Position numbers and translations under genes: made by a program | Source: Octopus sinensis | Lineage: Eukaryota | Assembly (NCBI RefSeq): GCF_006345805.1 | Contig: NC_043003.1 | Coordinates: 44,330,001 to 44,394,000 of the forward strand | Reading direction: 5' to 3' | DNA: 64,000 bases | Shown: piece by piece, positions 43,656 to 57,243 of the stretch | Layout: the number at the start of each line of letters is the position of its first letter | Numbering within the stretch: position 1 is the first letter of the stretch | The notes under the pieces: model-generated | Database searches by the model: none | Told to the model about the DNA's origin: nothing | What the model saw: only the letters and a program-made list of their open reading frames with translations

Positions 43656-43872
43656 TTTACTCTTTTACTTAACTGTGTCCATGCTGGAACACCGCCTTTA
43701 ATCGAGCAAATCGACCCCAGGACTCATTCTTTGTAAGCCTAGTACTTATTCTATCCCTCTCTTTTGCTGAATTGCTAGGTTACGAGGACGTAAATACATC
43801 AGCATTGGTTATCAAGCGATGTTAGGGGGACAAACACAGACACACACACACACACACACACCACATACACAT

Positions 43873-43925
<53 letters not shown>

Positions 43926-44044
43926 CAAGTTTTTGGTCGGCCCGAAGCTAAAGTAGAAGACACATGCCGTAGGTGCCACGTAGTGGGACTGAACCCGGAA
44001 CCATATGGTTCGAAAGCAAGCTACTTACCACACAGCCGCTCCTT
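43656..44044 (-). mobile_element. SINE family B, near full length
   Basis: Head ggagcggctgtgtggtaagtagc..gggttcagtccc; internal (TA)/(TG); tail ggcggtgttccagcatgg..agtaaaagagtaaa. Confidence 0.9.
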
Positions 44045-44294
44045 ATATATATAAAGTTAATCCAAACATGAAAACGCAAAGAGAAAACAACGCGAGAACG
44101 CGGAACAAGTGTAGTGTTATTGGCTGCTTAGGGAAGGAAAGAAAGAAGGAGTGTTTAATGAGAAAAACGAAAGGTCCAAGGAAGGGAAGACGGAGAAAGA
44201 AAATCGCCAACGATACACATATTGAATGACTGGAAGTGAATGGGTGAAGAAAAAGTTCTTTCAAAGACTGGAGAGTGCAAGAGAAGTAGGTATG

Positions 44295-44384
44295 TGTGTG
44301 TATGTGTAGGTATGTGCGTTCACGCAGGCTGTGTGTGTGTATGTGTAGGTATGTGCGTTCGCGCAGGCTGTGTGTGTGTATGTG
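44295..44384. repeat. 39-bp tandem repeat, about 2.3 copies
   Basis: tatgtgtagg recurs at 44301 and 44340; 13-aa repeat in ORF 44043-44402. Confidence 0.85.
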
Positions 44385-44760
44385 AGTGTGTAACGATAGC
44401 ATGCGTGTATGTGTGTGTTCGTGGATGAGGCTGCTTATCTATGTGTGTGGTTGGGCTTAGTATCGTTTAAGGCCATAGGAAGAATTTTTAGTAGGAGTCG
44501 CTCCTGTTGTCTACCTACACATGTGCGTCGGAGAATGGTCAGTGGAAGGTAGTGGTGTGTGTAGGTGTATGTATATGCAGTGTGTGTGTTTTGTTTGCAG
44601 TGTGTGCGTGTGTGGGGAGTGACTATACTTTTCATTGCGTATGTGTGCGCGTGTGCTTGTATGTGCGTATGTGTTTATACATGTATGTATTATTGTGTGC
44701 GTGTATGCATATCTATCTATCTATCTATATATATATATACATATATATACATATATATAT

Positions 44761-44844
<84 letters not shown>

Positions 44845-44845
44845 T

Positions 44846-44880
<35 letters not shown>

Positions 44881-45478
44881 TTTTAATATATGTATGTGTA
44901 TGAATTTCAGTGTTTACAAATACCACGGAAAAATAAATAAATAGTTACCAGGGTAACAAAAATTCACACAAGTTCCAAGGATGTAACAGCCTACTTATAA
45001 AGGCAGAAAGTCCTGGTTTAGGTGAGTTGTTTTTGAATTATATAGATAACTAAATAAATGGAGTTAGAACCAGGTGTTATTTACAACTTTTTACTTCGGA
45101 CATATATTTCATAGAAAACATTGGTATTTTTCCAGAAGGAATAAAATGGTGTAAAGCAATGCAATCCTCTATTCAGAGAAAGAAAGAAACACATCAATAA
45201 GACATTTTAACACAATGTGATGACTGCGTATGATGAAGGGAACGCTAGCAATTTAAAAACGAAAAAAAAAAAACGTTAGTAGATACAAAGCCAAGGTAGT
45301 TTATAGAAAGAAGAGTGGAAAGAAAGAAACTAGCAGAATACTAATAGTGGAGAGAGATATAGAGCAATAGGTGAATTAGTATAAAGCTTAACGTCATGGA
45401 AGTATATATATATATATATTTAGTGGAAGTGAAATGTAAGAAGACAGTCAAAGGTCGAATTTTATAGAATGGTAGAAA

Positions 45479-45840
45479 TCACTTATAGGAACCAAAGGTA
45501 TGTTTATGCCAATGCTTGCAACGATAAATGCGCTCTATAAACGTGTGTACAAGGGAATTCTCTGAGAACAGAATAAAGTACATGTCACTGTTACAAAACG
45601 GACAAAAATTTTACCTTTATCATATGGAAAAGACACAGAAAGTACATTCCATTCCAAATTTTTTGTTTATTATGATCCTTTAGATACCAGATTAAGTTAC
45701 TCTGCCCAATATTGCCACGTTTATAGATATGTCTAAATATAGAGTAATGATTAGATATTCTTTTTGACAACAGATATGAAGGACTGCCTATATAAAAAAA
45801 AGACGTCCGATCCGAAGTAATTTTATATTTGATGAATAAA
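45479..45840 (-). mobile_element. PLE GIY-YIG endonuclease C-terminus, Neptune-like
   Basis: KYKI..FYIG..LSKRISNH..SNLIWYLKDHN, then CPFCNSDMYFI..RCKHWHK*, matching the YIG / R..NH / LS..IW.LK / C.LC..EK / CRH pattern. Confidence 0.7.
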
Positions 45841-46293
45841 GATTCGAGCCTTAGAATTACTGCTAACAAAACGAATGCGACTGGAGTCAACTTCAGAAAC
45901 AATAACCATCTGTTATTATTATTTAAAGAATGGATAGTATTAACAAGATCAATGTTAGTATTTTCAATATTAGTATTTCCAGAAATCAACCGTTCGAAAT
46001 CAAACGGGCTAAAACAATCTCTCAGCAACATTCAAGTATTTGGTCTGACGTGCTCCGGTTTCGGAACTGGCATAATAGCTCTACATTCCTCAGGAGGCGT
46101 TACCATAATAGACAGCCACACGTCGTGTTGAAGTCTGTAAGTGATTCGTTTTCCGCCGGACTGTTGATTTCTGTAGTTATTATAAGTATATTTTGGCGAT
46201 TTAAATAACAAGAGTTTTGACTGTAATTTCCAGCAGGTAGACATACTTGGTATGTCCTTTGATCAATTTTATACATATATATCTATATATATA

Positions 46294-46356
<63 letters not shown>

Positions 46357-47399
46357 ATACACACATGCATCCAAACATACATATGTACTTGCATACATGC
46401 ATGTGTGTGTATGTGTGCGTGTGTTTGTATATGTGTGTGTCAGTCTGTTTTTCTGTATCTGTGTGGTGTGTATATGTATATATATTTTTCTTAGCTCAGC
46501 CCAGATATTCAACAGAAAAACTTTTGAAATTCACGATTTTGAAATAATCAGGCGATCAAGTTCATTCACTGTAAATTTAGATAAGCCTCTATGCCGATTT
46601 GAGAAATTAGTACGTATTTGCAATATTTGCAAATACGTAAAGATTAATTTTAATTCTCTGAGGAAGTGCAGTTTTATTGAGAACTCTCATGTTACCTTCG
46701 TTACAGACCCTTAGACGCACTTTAAATTTCTCCTACTTTTTATAGGTATACTGATCTCACAGACTTATACGTTTAAACATATTCACCCAAATACATTAAC
46801 GCATTTTCCCTCCATATCTATATATCAACCTCATACGCCCACACGGACTCATGACTTCACAATACGTCTACAGTAAGCTGAGATTATCAAAAAATTAAAT
46901 TAACATTCTAATATGTACAGGGTGTTGTCTTTCCCAAGCTGTTAACGTATATGCTTCATGTTTGAACTATATTGTCAAAAGAACAGTTAAACTTGAACAA
47001 CCGCTCGGAGAAACAAATACAGAACAAATTCATATTAAAGTCTCTTTTAAATTAATCCACAGACGTTTCGAGAAACGTATATAAAACAGCAACAACGAAA
47101 ACGACAACAACAACAACAATAGCTACAGCAGTAAACAAAAAGAGAACAGAAACAACAATACCAGCAGGCGCAGTACTCCTCAATACTAGCACAATTGATG
47201 ATCTATTAAACCCCACAATTAACAGCCCTTTGTTGTCCAGCTGTCCGCTTTCTACATTTCTTCAGCATACCACTACTGACAAATCATCATTGTCATTATG
47301 TGCTACTGCTACTACTATTACCACTTCGAAGCAACAACAACATTATCAGTAACCATCCCTAAATTCCGACGCATATAGAAATTAATGATATGACAGAAC

Positions 47400-48870
47400 G
47401 TGCAGTTTATAATCAGCCAGATTCCAACTACTCAGCATCTGAACCAGAGCGTCTCCCAGCGACATTGTTAAGAAACATGCAAAAACAACCTCTCCAAACC
47501 ATTCAAAGATTCTATTTAAAAAGTCGCTAGATATCGGCATATTCCCAGAACAACAGAAAGACGCAGTAGTACCAGCTATATATAAAGGATGTGACAGGAT
47601 TGAAAGTAAAAATTATACATCTAAAATTGTCAAACGCATTGTCTCAAAGAAGAACTAAGAAATATAAAAAGAAGCTCTACTGGAATATTGACATTAACGT
47701 TGCATAAAATCCTAACTTTGATACCCGACCAGCCAACCGATGAAGGTTAAATGCAGGGAAGATCTGCTGCTACAAACTCAGCAATATACCCAGATCCAGC
47801 TATAAAGCGACAACAAAACAGTAACATCTTGGATAATACATAGTATGATTTTCAGACAGGAGAAAGTTACCTGTCACAATTTATACTTTACCACTATCCT
47901 CAATAATATTTTGGAACAAATGAACGTTGTCTCCATATAATTTTATTTTGCTAAAGCGTTTGAAGAGATTGATCATACAATCATCTGTCATAGGCTAAGG
48001 GAACTTAGTATCACAGGAAAACTCAGAGAATCCTTCGCGGTTGGAATCAGTCTGCTGCTGCAAACATTTTCCCATTACAAATCTTCTGTTATTAGTGGTT
48101 ACCTCAATGCACGATTCTAGAGCCATCATTATTTATCATCCTCCGGTAGTGTATAAGCTCACCAGTGCACTCGGACAACCTGATAAACCATGCCGACGAT
48201 ACCTGAATATCGATGACTATCCATACTCCAGAAACGACCATCATACTCCAAAATAAATGAAACCCTATTTTATCAGTTGGAAGATAAAAACAGTATGAGA
48301 TATAAGATATCAAAATACGGGACTTCGGTGAAATGATGCCAAAAGGTGCATGTTTCATCTACCACATCATCAAACGGACCTCTAAATGCAGACATCTCAT
48401 AGGATGGATCCTACGAATATTCGTAACCAGAGAAACGGTAGTTATGTTGACTCTAAGGTAATCTTTATTTGTGAACACAGATTACTGCTCATAGCTTTGG
48501 CCTCAAAACTCATCCGGTCACGTACAAGAAATTGAAATAGTTAAACAGAGCGTTTACCAGAAAAAAAGTAGTTTGGAAATCACAATCAGTCTGATATTTA
48601 GAGGTCCCCATTAATTCAACTGCTTACCTGAAGAACTAAGAAATATAAAAAGAAGCTCTACTGGAATATTGACATTAACGTTGCATAAAATCCTAACTTT
48701 GATACCCGACCAGCCAACCGGTGAAGGTTAAATGCAGGGAAGATCTGCTGCTACAAACTCAGCCATAGACCCAGATCCAGCTATAAAGCGACAACAAAAC
48801 TGTAATTAAATAAATTAATGCGGTGCTCCAGCACGGCCACTGTCCTGTGTGTGAATTGATTAAAAGGACT
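47400..48870 (+). mobile_element. Decayed CR1-clade LINE (RT to 3' end) with internal duplication of its 3' segment
   Basis: LFKKSLDIGIFP..KDAVVP.YKG..NY, YFAKAFEEIDH..RLRELSITGKL, LPEELRNI..IPDQP; tail gcggtgctccagcacggccac. Confidence 0.8.
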
Positions 48871-49500
48871 AAAAGAAAGAATGTGTATATATATACGAGG
48901 CTCTACGTTGCTAAGTGTTGTTTTCTTTTTCCATGATATTGAATATACCTTTCACATTTCTTTTAGTTATTACAAGACTTAAACAACCTTTATCCTTCCA
49001 ACATTTGCATATATTTCTAAAATCATTTATTTTACTTGATTATTTGATATATTCAATGAGTCTCCATTTATCTATTTCGCATCCGTTAATTATTTCCATT
49101 CAATTGAGTCCACATACGTAATTCAAACAGCGCAGGTGAATCGATTGAGGCAGGTGAGAGATCTAGATTAAATATATCTCCTATATAGTCTAATAATAAA
49201 ATTATCTGAAAGAAGTTCAACGAGTGAACTATACTTCCCCGTGGTTAAAATCTGTAGATGCTAATTTCAACCCATTATTGGACCCAACAGCCATTTAATT
49301 GGTAAGGTTACCGAGGATTAAACTAGAACTAATGAGATTTAAGAAAAAAATACTGATTATATTACATTTAAATTAAAATATTCATTAAACATACCCGAAC
49401 AAGCATATGGCAGAATATCATTACTGCAGTTCATTTACCATACAACACATATATACATATATACGTAATGTATGTGCGTGTGCGTATGCATCTACGTATG

Positions 49501-49534
<34 letters not shown>

Positions 49535-49892
49535 ATATATAATATATATATAATATATATATATATACGTGTTTGTGTTTATAATTACATTTATGTGCAT
49601 GTGCGTGCTTGAGTGTGTATGTGTGTGTTTGTGAATGCATGTATGTATCTTTAAAATTCGTTTATGGCAAGGTTAGGGATATGCAAATACAGCTCCCATT
49701 TCATTAGGCCGGTTACCGTCTGATACAAGTGAGTCAGTTTTACTGAGTTTCATCGTAGTTATACCGGTATAAAATAGGATAAATATAATAATAATAATAA
49801 TGCTATGATGGAATTTATAAATACTTAATACACCGCTACTCGCGTTTTATGTTTATTCATTTATGCATGTATGTGCGTCTATGAATGTAGGC

Positions 49893-49923
<31 letters not shown>

Positions 49924-50315
49924 GAGGGCATTATACATACATGCCAGGAGGCATTGTATATACATGCCAAACGCTAAGAGGGACAATCAGTCATTTCTAC
50001 CAAAAATATTACTAATCCCACCGAATGCAATTTTCAAAGTAAGACATTTAAAAATATAGGCCTGTATCACAGTGATTTCATACTTACGTAATCATCAGCA
50101 GGCCTGAATGTATTATAAATAAACAACGACCCTGCCTCGCTTAAGCCGATCAGCTAACTGATCAACATCAACGAAGCACATGGGTGAGTTTATATATATT
50201 ACATCCGGGTAAATGGTAAACTTTACGAATTGCATTTCGGGAGAGGAAAAGTTTTTTCGGAATAAAAATTTAGCAATTAAGGACAAGTAGTTATTAAGTA
50301 GTTGTCCTTAATTGC

Positions 50316-50346
<31 letters not shown>

Positions 50347-50523
50347 TATATATATAAATAAATAATTAGGGTATTAGCAACAAGTTGCTTCACCACATAC
50401 AGAACATTAGAAATAGCATGTATATGTGTCTGTGCGTGTGCGTCTGTGCGTCTGTGTGTGTGTGTGTATATATACATACATATATATATTATATATATAT
50501 ATGTATATCTATCTATCTGTCTA

Positions 50524-50589
<66 letters not shown>

Positions 50590-52989
50590 TATACATATAC
50601 ATATACATTTATATCGTGAAGTATATTTGCCAGTTGAATGTGGCTAACCCCAAAGGGTCGATGCTAATGTAGCTTGTAGCCTCAGGAGGACACCTCCTCC
50701 AGCTGGTTATTGGCATTCAGTGACAACTTTAACTATGTGAATGGTGCATTATTATCGTGAAAGATTGTGTTTCCCTCCGAAAATAGTTTCGCAAACATTG
50801 GATTAATTAGATAAGATAAAATGTTTATATAGACTTAACTATTAATTCTACCATGAACGGAATCCACGGGGCCGGCGGATTTCCAAGTTACAGCGCCCCA
50901 GATAATCACAGATCCTCCTACATGTTTAAAAGTTGGAAGACAATCTGGCTCAAATGTTCCTTTTGGCTATCTCCACGCGTATACTCGACCGCTGGTGGTA
51001 AAATAATGTAAAGTATGACTCGTCCGAGAAAATAACATTCATAATATGTGTATGTGCATTATTATATATACCAACATGCACATGTACCTATACACGTAAG
51101 CATACATATATATGCTCACACACATATATATGTTTATCTATGTATCATGAAACAACTAAAAATCAAAATTAAAAACTGAAATGTTAAAAAATTAAGACAC
51201 TGGAAAGTCAAATAAGTTTGTTATAAATTACCTAAGGGGTATTCCGTATATGTACTGTGTGGTGATTTCGGTTGCATTTCGATCTGTGTTAAAATGGAAA
51301 GTTCCGAAAAAAGTGGCAGTTGCATGTACCTTGAGCCTCACTACACTTATTTAGTAGTATTAAAGAGTGGTGTTTTAATATGTGGAATAACTCTTTTAGG
51401 CACAACTTACAGGCTGAGGACGGTACATGTCTAAATAACGTATCACTTACATAGCCTTATCTGCAAGTTTGGGTATTCTGGATACGAAAACCTCTATCTC
51501 TCACTCACACACATGCACATACACACTTATATATATATATATATATATATATGTAGGAGAAACTAAAGTTACGATGAAAGACAAATAAGAAATTACATCA
51601 TTAAGGTCTTAGCTTTCACCTGTCTCTGTTAATATTCTGCTGTATGACAGCTGACATATCACATATGCCTGATATATGTATCAACTGGCAACAAAATGAT
51701 AGGGAAACATAGTAATTTGTTTAATTTGACCAGTTGTCACTTCACAAGATCCTGTGCTTGATTGCTTGAATTACTATAATTATCATCTCCCTATTCCTCA
51801 ACCGAAAATATCTACTGGAAATAATATCTACTTGCATTAAGAAAACTAGTTAATCAAGAAAATCTCTATACCAGATGAAAGCTATATTATAGTCTATAGC
51901 GTTGGGTCTATAGTATTACATTTCACTTCCTATTGCAAAACAGAATTTAAGTGAATTATTTAGTCAAGAAAATCACTATTAAAGATGAAAGCACTATGCA
52001 TTCTAAAAGTACTGTTTAACGCCACCCAAATATGAGGAACTGATGATAGCCCTAGGAGGAATCCTCCTCCAATTTCTTATGCAGTGCGCACTGCTTTCGA
52101 TATATATAGCAAGCGAGGAGGGATCCCTTCTATTTTAAACCCGAGACCATCAGGCCATGCCGTTTCGAACTTCTAATGCTCATCACCGGTGATGGATACA
52201 TGGCAATCGTTCGCTCCAGCTCGCAATATATAGAGAATTAAGTGACACACACTCACTGACCTTGCAATAAGAAAACTAGTTAATTAAGAAAATCTCTATA
52301 CGAGATGAAAGTAATATTCATACTGACAACTAGTTTTTAACGGCTGTTCGCCAGAACCTGCCTAGCCAGCGTTTCAGAGAATATAAAACTTTCCTCTTTA
52401 CTTCCAAGGAAATATTGTGATGTATGTGCGGGTTGACGGTAGAGAGGTTATGTATAATCATGTGTGTGTGGAGGAAATAAATAATCACAAGAGGAAATGG
52501 TAAAAAGAAGCTTAGACCAATCACCTTATCATAAGTTTCTTGCAGAAATTGACAAGCATATTATGTATTCGAATATCATGTAGTACAAAATAAGAAACAA
52601 ACGATACTTAACTGCAAAGCGAATTAAAGTGAATTAATGTCAAGACATATGACGGAGGAGTTGAAATCAAATTTTGGAATATAAAAATGATATACTTAAA
52701 AAAAACTGTTTGTGAGGCGTATTAACATTTCGGCCTATTTGTTTAATCTCACTCAATATTGAAATAAAATGCTGAAATTATAAATCGATGTGCATTCAAT
52801 TTTCTCGAACAACTCTCCCTAAAAGATAAATATGATATTATCAAAATGACACTAAAGTGAAAGTGCAGCTTGTTAACATGCATTAAATTACCACAGTGTT
52901 TGATAGAAACTACTTGTTCGTCTTCTTGCAATATTTCTATCTTTCTCTTAAGCATAATTTGTGAATATATATATATATATCTTTGTATG

Positions 52990-53021
<32 letters not shown>

Positions 53022-53036
53022 ATATATATGTATAGA

Positions 53037-53067
<31 letters not shown>

Positions 53068-53084
53068 ATATATATATATATATA

Positions 53085-53149
<65 letters not shown>

Positions 53150-53724
53150 TCAAATATGCATATAGGTGTGGGTGTGGGTGTGTATGTATATAAGAATATT
53201 TGCTTGTCTGTGTGTGTGTCATTTGTGATTGAATGTAATTAGTAACATCCAGGAACAAAAGGATATACAGACACACGTTTTCTCATAACATTTGAAAATT
53301 CATGTCTGTGTCAATAAATTCGTAAAGAAATAAGGTTAATAGATGTAAATATACAAAAATAAGTCCATGCTTAATAACTCATATTCATATATGCGACAGA
53401 AAATCTATCTACGCTACATTCCGACGATTTGTTCCTGAAATATTTCAGAAGCATGCAGCAATATATTCCTCCACATACTGATATAACTATCAAGGTATGT
53501 ACATTCAAATCGAATTTGATATTATAGACACAATGACATTCATAAATATCTAATCTGTTCGCTCTGTCAAGTAGGAGTAACATTAAATATAAGCAACAAC
53601 GCAGAATCTTACAGAGATAAACAAAGGAAAAGAAAAAGGAAAAAGGCGGTCACTATGATTTTCAGTTAAAAAATTTGGGTGTATATTTTCTTTTAATAGT
53701 TACATGCACAATAAGGGTGTGGGG

Positions 53725-54420
53725 AGATGGCAGAATCGCTAGCAAGCTAGGCAAAATAGCGTCGTTTTATCCGTCCCGACGTTCTGGGTTCAAATTACAC
53801 CAAGGTTAAATTTTCCTTTCGTCATTTCGGTTTTGATAAAATAAGTACTTGTTGAACAAGTGCTAATACTTGAATTCAACATTGAAATTTGTTAGGGTGG
53901 CGATTCTGCTAGCTGAATCTCTAACACGCCGTCCTTACGTTCTGAGTTCACATTCCGCCGAGGGTGATTTCGCCCTTTATTTTCCGGGGTCGATAAGATA
54001 AATACCTATTTCGTTACTACCCACAAGGGTCTAAACACAGAGCGGACAAACAAGGACAGAGAAACGGATTAAGTCGATTATATCATATCGACCCCAGTCG
54101 TTACTGGTACTTACTTAATCAACCCCGAAAGGATGAAAGGCAAAGTCGACCTTGGCGGAATTTGAACTCAGAATGTAACGGCAGACGAAATACCTATTTG
54201 TTTACTACTCACAAGAAGCTTTACCGACCCTGAAAGGATGAAAGGCAAAGTCGACCTCGGCGGAATTTGAACTCAGAACGTAACGGCGGACGAAATACCA
54301 CAAAGCATTTCACCTGGCGTGCTAACGCTTCTTCCAGCTCGCCGCATTTCGATAAGATAAATACCAGTTGACCACTGGAACCTCTCTTTAACTTACGGTC
54401 CTTGTAGCAAAATTTGAATA
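53725..54420. mobile_element. Cluster of family A SINEs: plus-strand copies with a minus-strand dimeric copy (54007-54348) nested in one of them
   Basis: 17-bp direct repeat tcgataagataaatacc at 53990-54006 and 54349-54365. Confidence 0.85.
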
Positions 54421-54728
54421 AATTTATCTATGTGCGTGTGTGATGACTGGTACATATCAACGTGTGCTCAACAGTTTGTTATAGTGCTGATTCTGTGTGT
54501 GATATCGAATATGTGTATGCGACGCGTTCGTTGGTGAGTTGGCGAGATTTACAGACATTTAAATCATTGTTGCTTGATAGAAATGTGGACAAGTATTTAC
54601 CAAATCATAGATAATTGATACTCCTCAAATTTAATTCTGATATCCCAAAGAAATAATGTATTCACCTCTCCATGACATATAGTCCACACAAGGAATACAA
54701 TTCTATGAGCAAAAAAATCACTGATGTA

Positions 54729-55550
54729 CGAGTTCTGCTCAAACTGTGTCCGGATGGATGATATAGTAACAAAGTTTAGGCACGCACAGTGAAGCCACAA
54801 GCAAAAATTGACCTTAAACACTGTTATGCATGTGCACTAAGTTTTAACGTTCCAGCTCACCCCTGCTGTTTACAGCAGCGCTTGGAATGAAGGTATGCAG
54901 TGTGTGATCGTCGTATTGATAATGACAAAGAGAGTTGTCATAGCGATACCTGCTCAGAGGCCTGCGCAAAGTTACAGGAAATGTATGGAGAACTGTGTAT
55001 GGGCAAATGTCGATATTGTTGAACGTTCTAGGAGAAGAGCAACCAGCAGAATTGAGAAAAACGTCGCAGATGTGCGTGCAGCTGTGAGAGATATAGTCAA
55101 ATCGCAATCCGTGAGTTAACAGAGTATTTGCAAGTAAGTTACGGTACAGGACAGTACATTAACACTGAAGGTATGGGACGCGTGTCTGCCAAGTTTGTGC
55201 TTTCGGGTGACCAAGAACATATTCGGGTTTTAATTGAACACGATCTACTTGATTGTGTCGAAAACAATGAAACAATTGTGAAAACTTAACATAGTTATCT
55301 GAGCAGAAAAACGCCAAGCTTTTGACAAAATTTGATGCAGATTCTCTACTCAATTTTATGTATCAGGGTGAATGCGACGATTACACGCTACACACTTTCC
55401 TTCCAAGAACTGCTGTAAAGAAGGAAAGTGAGCATGAACGTTAAAACTTAGTGCGTATCCACACTAGAGATAAATGTGTGTGAAGCGGCTTTACTTTGTT
55501 TGCTACATTTTTGTTACTTTAGAAAGAGTCCGGATACTTATTAATCGCAC
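54729..55550 (+). mobile_element. Non-autonomous mariner derivative with long inverted 5' ends
   Basis: TA on both sides; internal transposase remnant (DTCSEACAKLQEMYG..VADVRAAV); 55283-55550 is an inverted copy of the 5' end including RICIKFCQKLG. Confidence 0.8.
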
Positions 55551-55956
55551 TACTTATTTTTATTAAGACACCAACGTACGTTTACTAATGTATCTGTCAT
55601 TGTCACAATGATTGCCACGAGATGCAGTGATTCACACACACACACACTCACACACACACTCACACACACACTCACACACACACACACACACATATGTAGA
55701 GAAGCACTAACATATATGGTTTAAGGTTGTTTATGAGTATGTGTAGCATACATAAGCCCCGTGTGTAGTATATCGGCTACGGCCTAGTGATTCCATTCAA
55801 CAATAGCAAATTTATGGGATCGTAAGGAGCTGCGCTGATATGACGTAAAATTATCATAATTATAATTATAATAACAGTAATTTATGACTGGGATCTATAA
55901 ATATTTGAATATATCGCTACGCGCGTAACCACAAAATGAGATTTTGCTGATCTTAG

Positions 55957-56350
55957 AGTGGCTGAGTAGAAAGAAGTTTGCTTCTCAACGACAAGATCCC
56001 GGAGTCAGTCCCATCGCGTGGCAACTTGGTAGAACGGTTTCTATTATAGTTTCTGGCCGCGCCGAACCATGTGAGTGAATTTCATAGACGGAAACTGAAA
56101 GAATTCTGTGGCATGTGTGTTTGTGTGTTTGTGTTTATGAGTGTGTGTGAATGTATGTTATTGTTCCCCACCATTGCATGGCAACTGCTGTTGGTGTGCT
56201 TGCGCCCTCGTAAACTAGAGGTCCGGCAAAAGAGCCAGATAGAATAAGTACCATTCTTTAAAAAGTAAAAAAAATTAAAATTAAAAAAAAACGTAACGTG
56301 GTCCAGTGATTTGTCTAAACATTTTTCAAAGCGGTGCCCCGGTAACTGAA
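55957..56350 (+). mobile_element. SINE family B, diverged
   Basis: gagtggctgagtag..agtcccatcgcgtggca..gacggaaactgaaagaa..gatagaataagtac. Confidence 0.75.
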
Positions 56351-57243
56351 AGATGTATATATATAATTCTGTGCCACAACATGGCCATAGTGTTGCGAAT
56401 GAAACCATTAAAATTATTACAGGATATAATTTTAAAAAGCAGAGGAACATCTCTATCCGTGTGTATGTGTGTGTGCGCGTAAGTGCGTGTTTCTTGTGTG
56501 TGTGTGTGTGTGTGTATGTGTGTCTGTGTGTGTGTATTACTGTATTTCGGGTGAATCATTCTAGAAATTGTTTTGAAACCTAATAAAATCTGTCATGTAT
56601 AATTGCAATGAAACATATAGAAAATTTGAATATTTTCATTTTCTATTACAATGAAATTTATTGAATTTGATTTTTGAGCATGTTTTTGCCGCACTTTTTT
56701 CCTGTATATTCACTTTCTTTTCAAATTTTACCTTGCTTTTTGTTTACCATTGAAAAATGTATTGTTGTCATTGGCATTTTATTTCAATAGATTTATAGAA
56801 GATTTTAATATCTGCAATTCGTTTAGATAACCAGGTGCATTTTCAACACGGACTTAATTCTCGCATATTCTTAGTTGCGCGAAATTAACCCCACCTCTTT
56901 CACCCTTTCCCGCTCCCTCTTTCTTTAACAATCTCTCACTCTTTTTAACTCTCTCTGTCTCTCTCAAACACACAGACATACACACACGCACACACATACA
57001 TGCATACACACATAAACACGCACACACACACACACACCCACACACAGAAAGTGTTTGAGCCTTTGAATCGTGACCATTAGTAGGCACCGTTTTCAAGTTC
57101 TAGTATTAATATGATTTTTTTTTTATACTGAAACGGTAAGTTACATGGCCGTGAACAAACTAACGCTGGTTATCTGGTCGTGGTGGGAGAGGAACAAGCA
57201 CAAATATGTACACATGCATATATGCATAAAAACAAAAGGCAGC

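Noticed and set aside
46045-46096. CTCCTGAGGA..TTCCGAAACCGG upstream of the Neptune-like EN as a hammerhead
   Set aside because: The stem II partner (GGAA) overlaps the core, so the canonical fold cannot form as written
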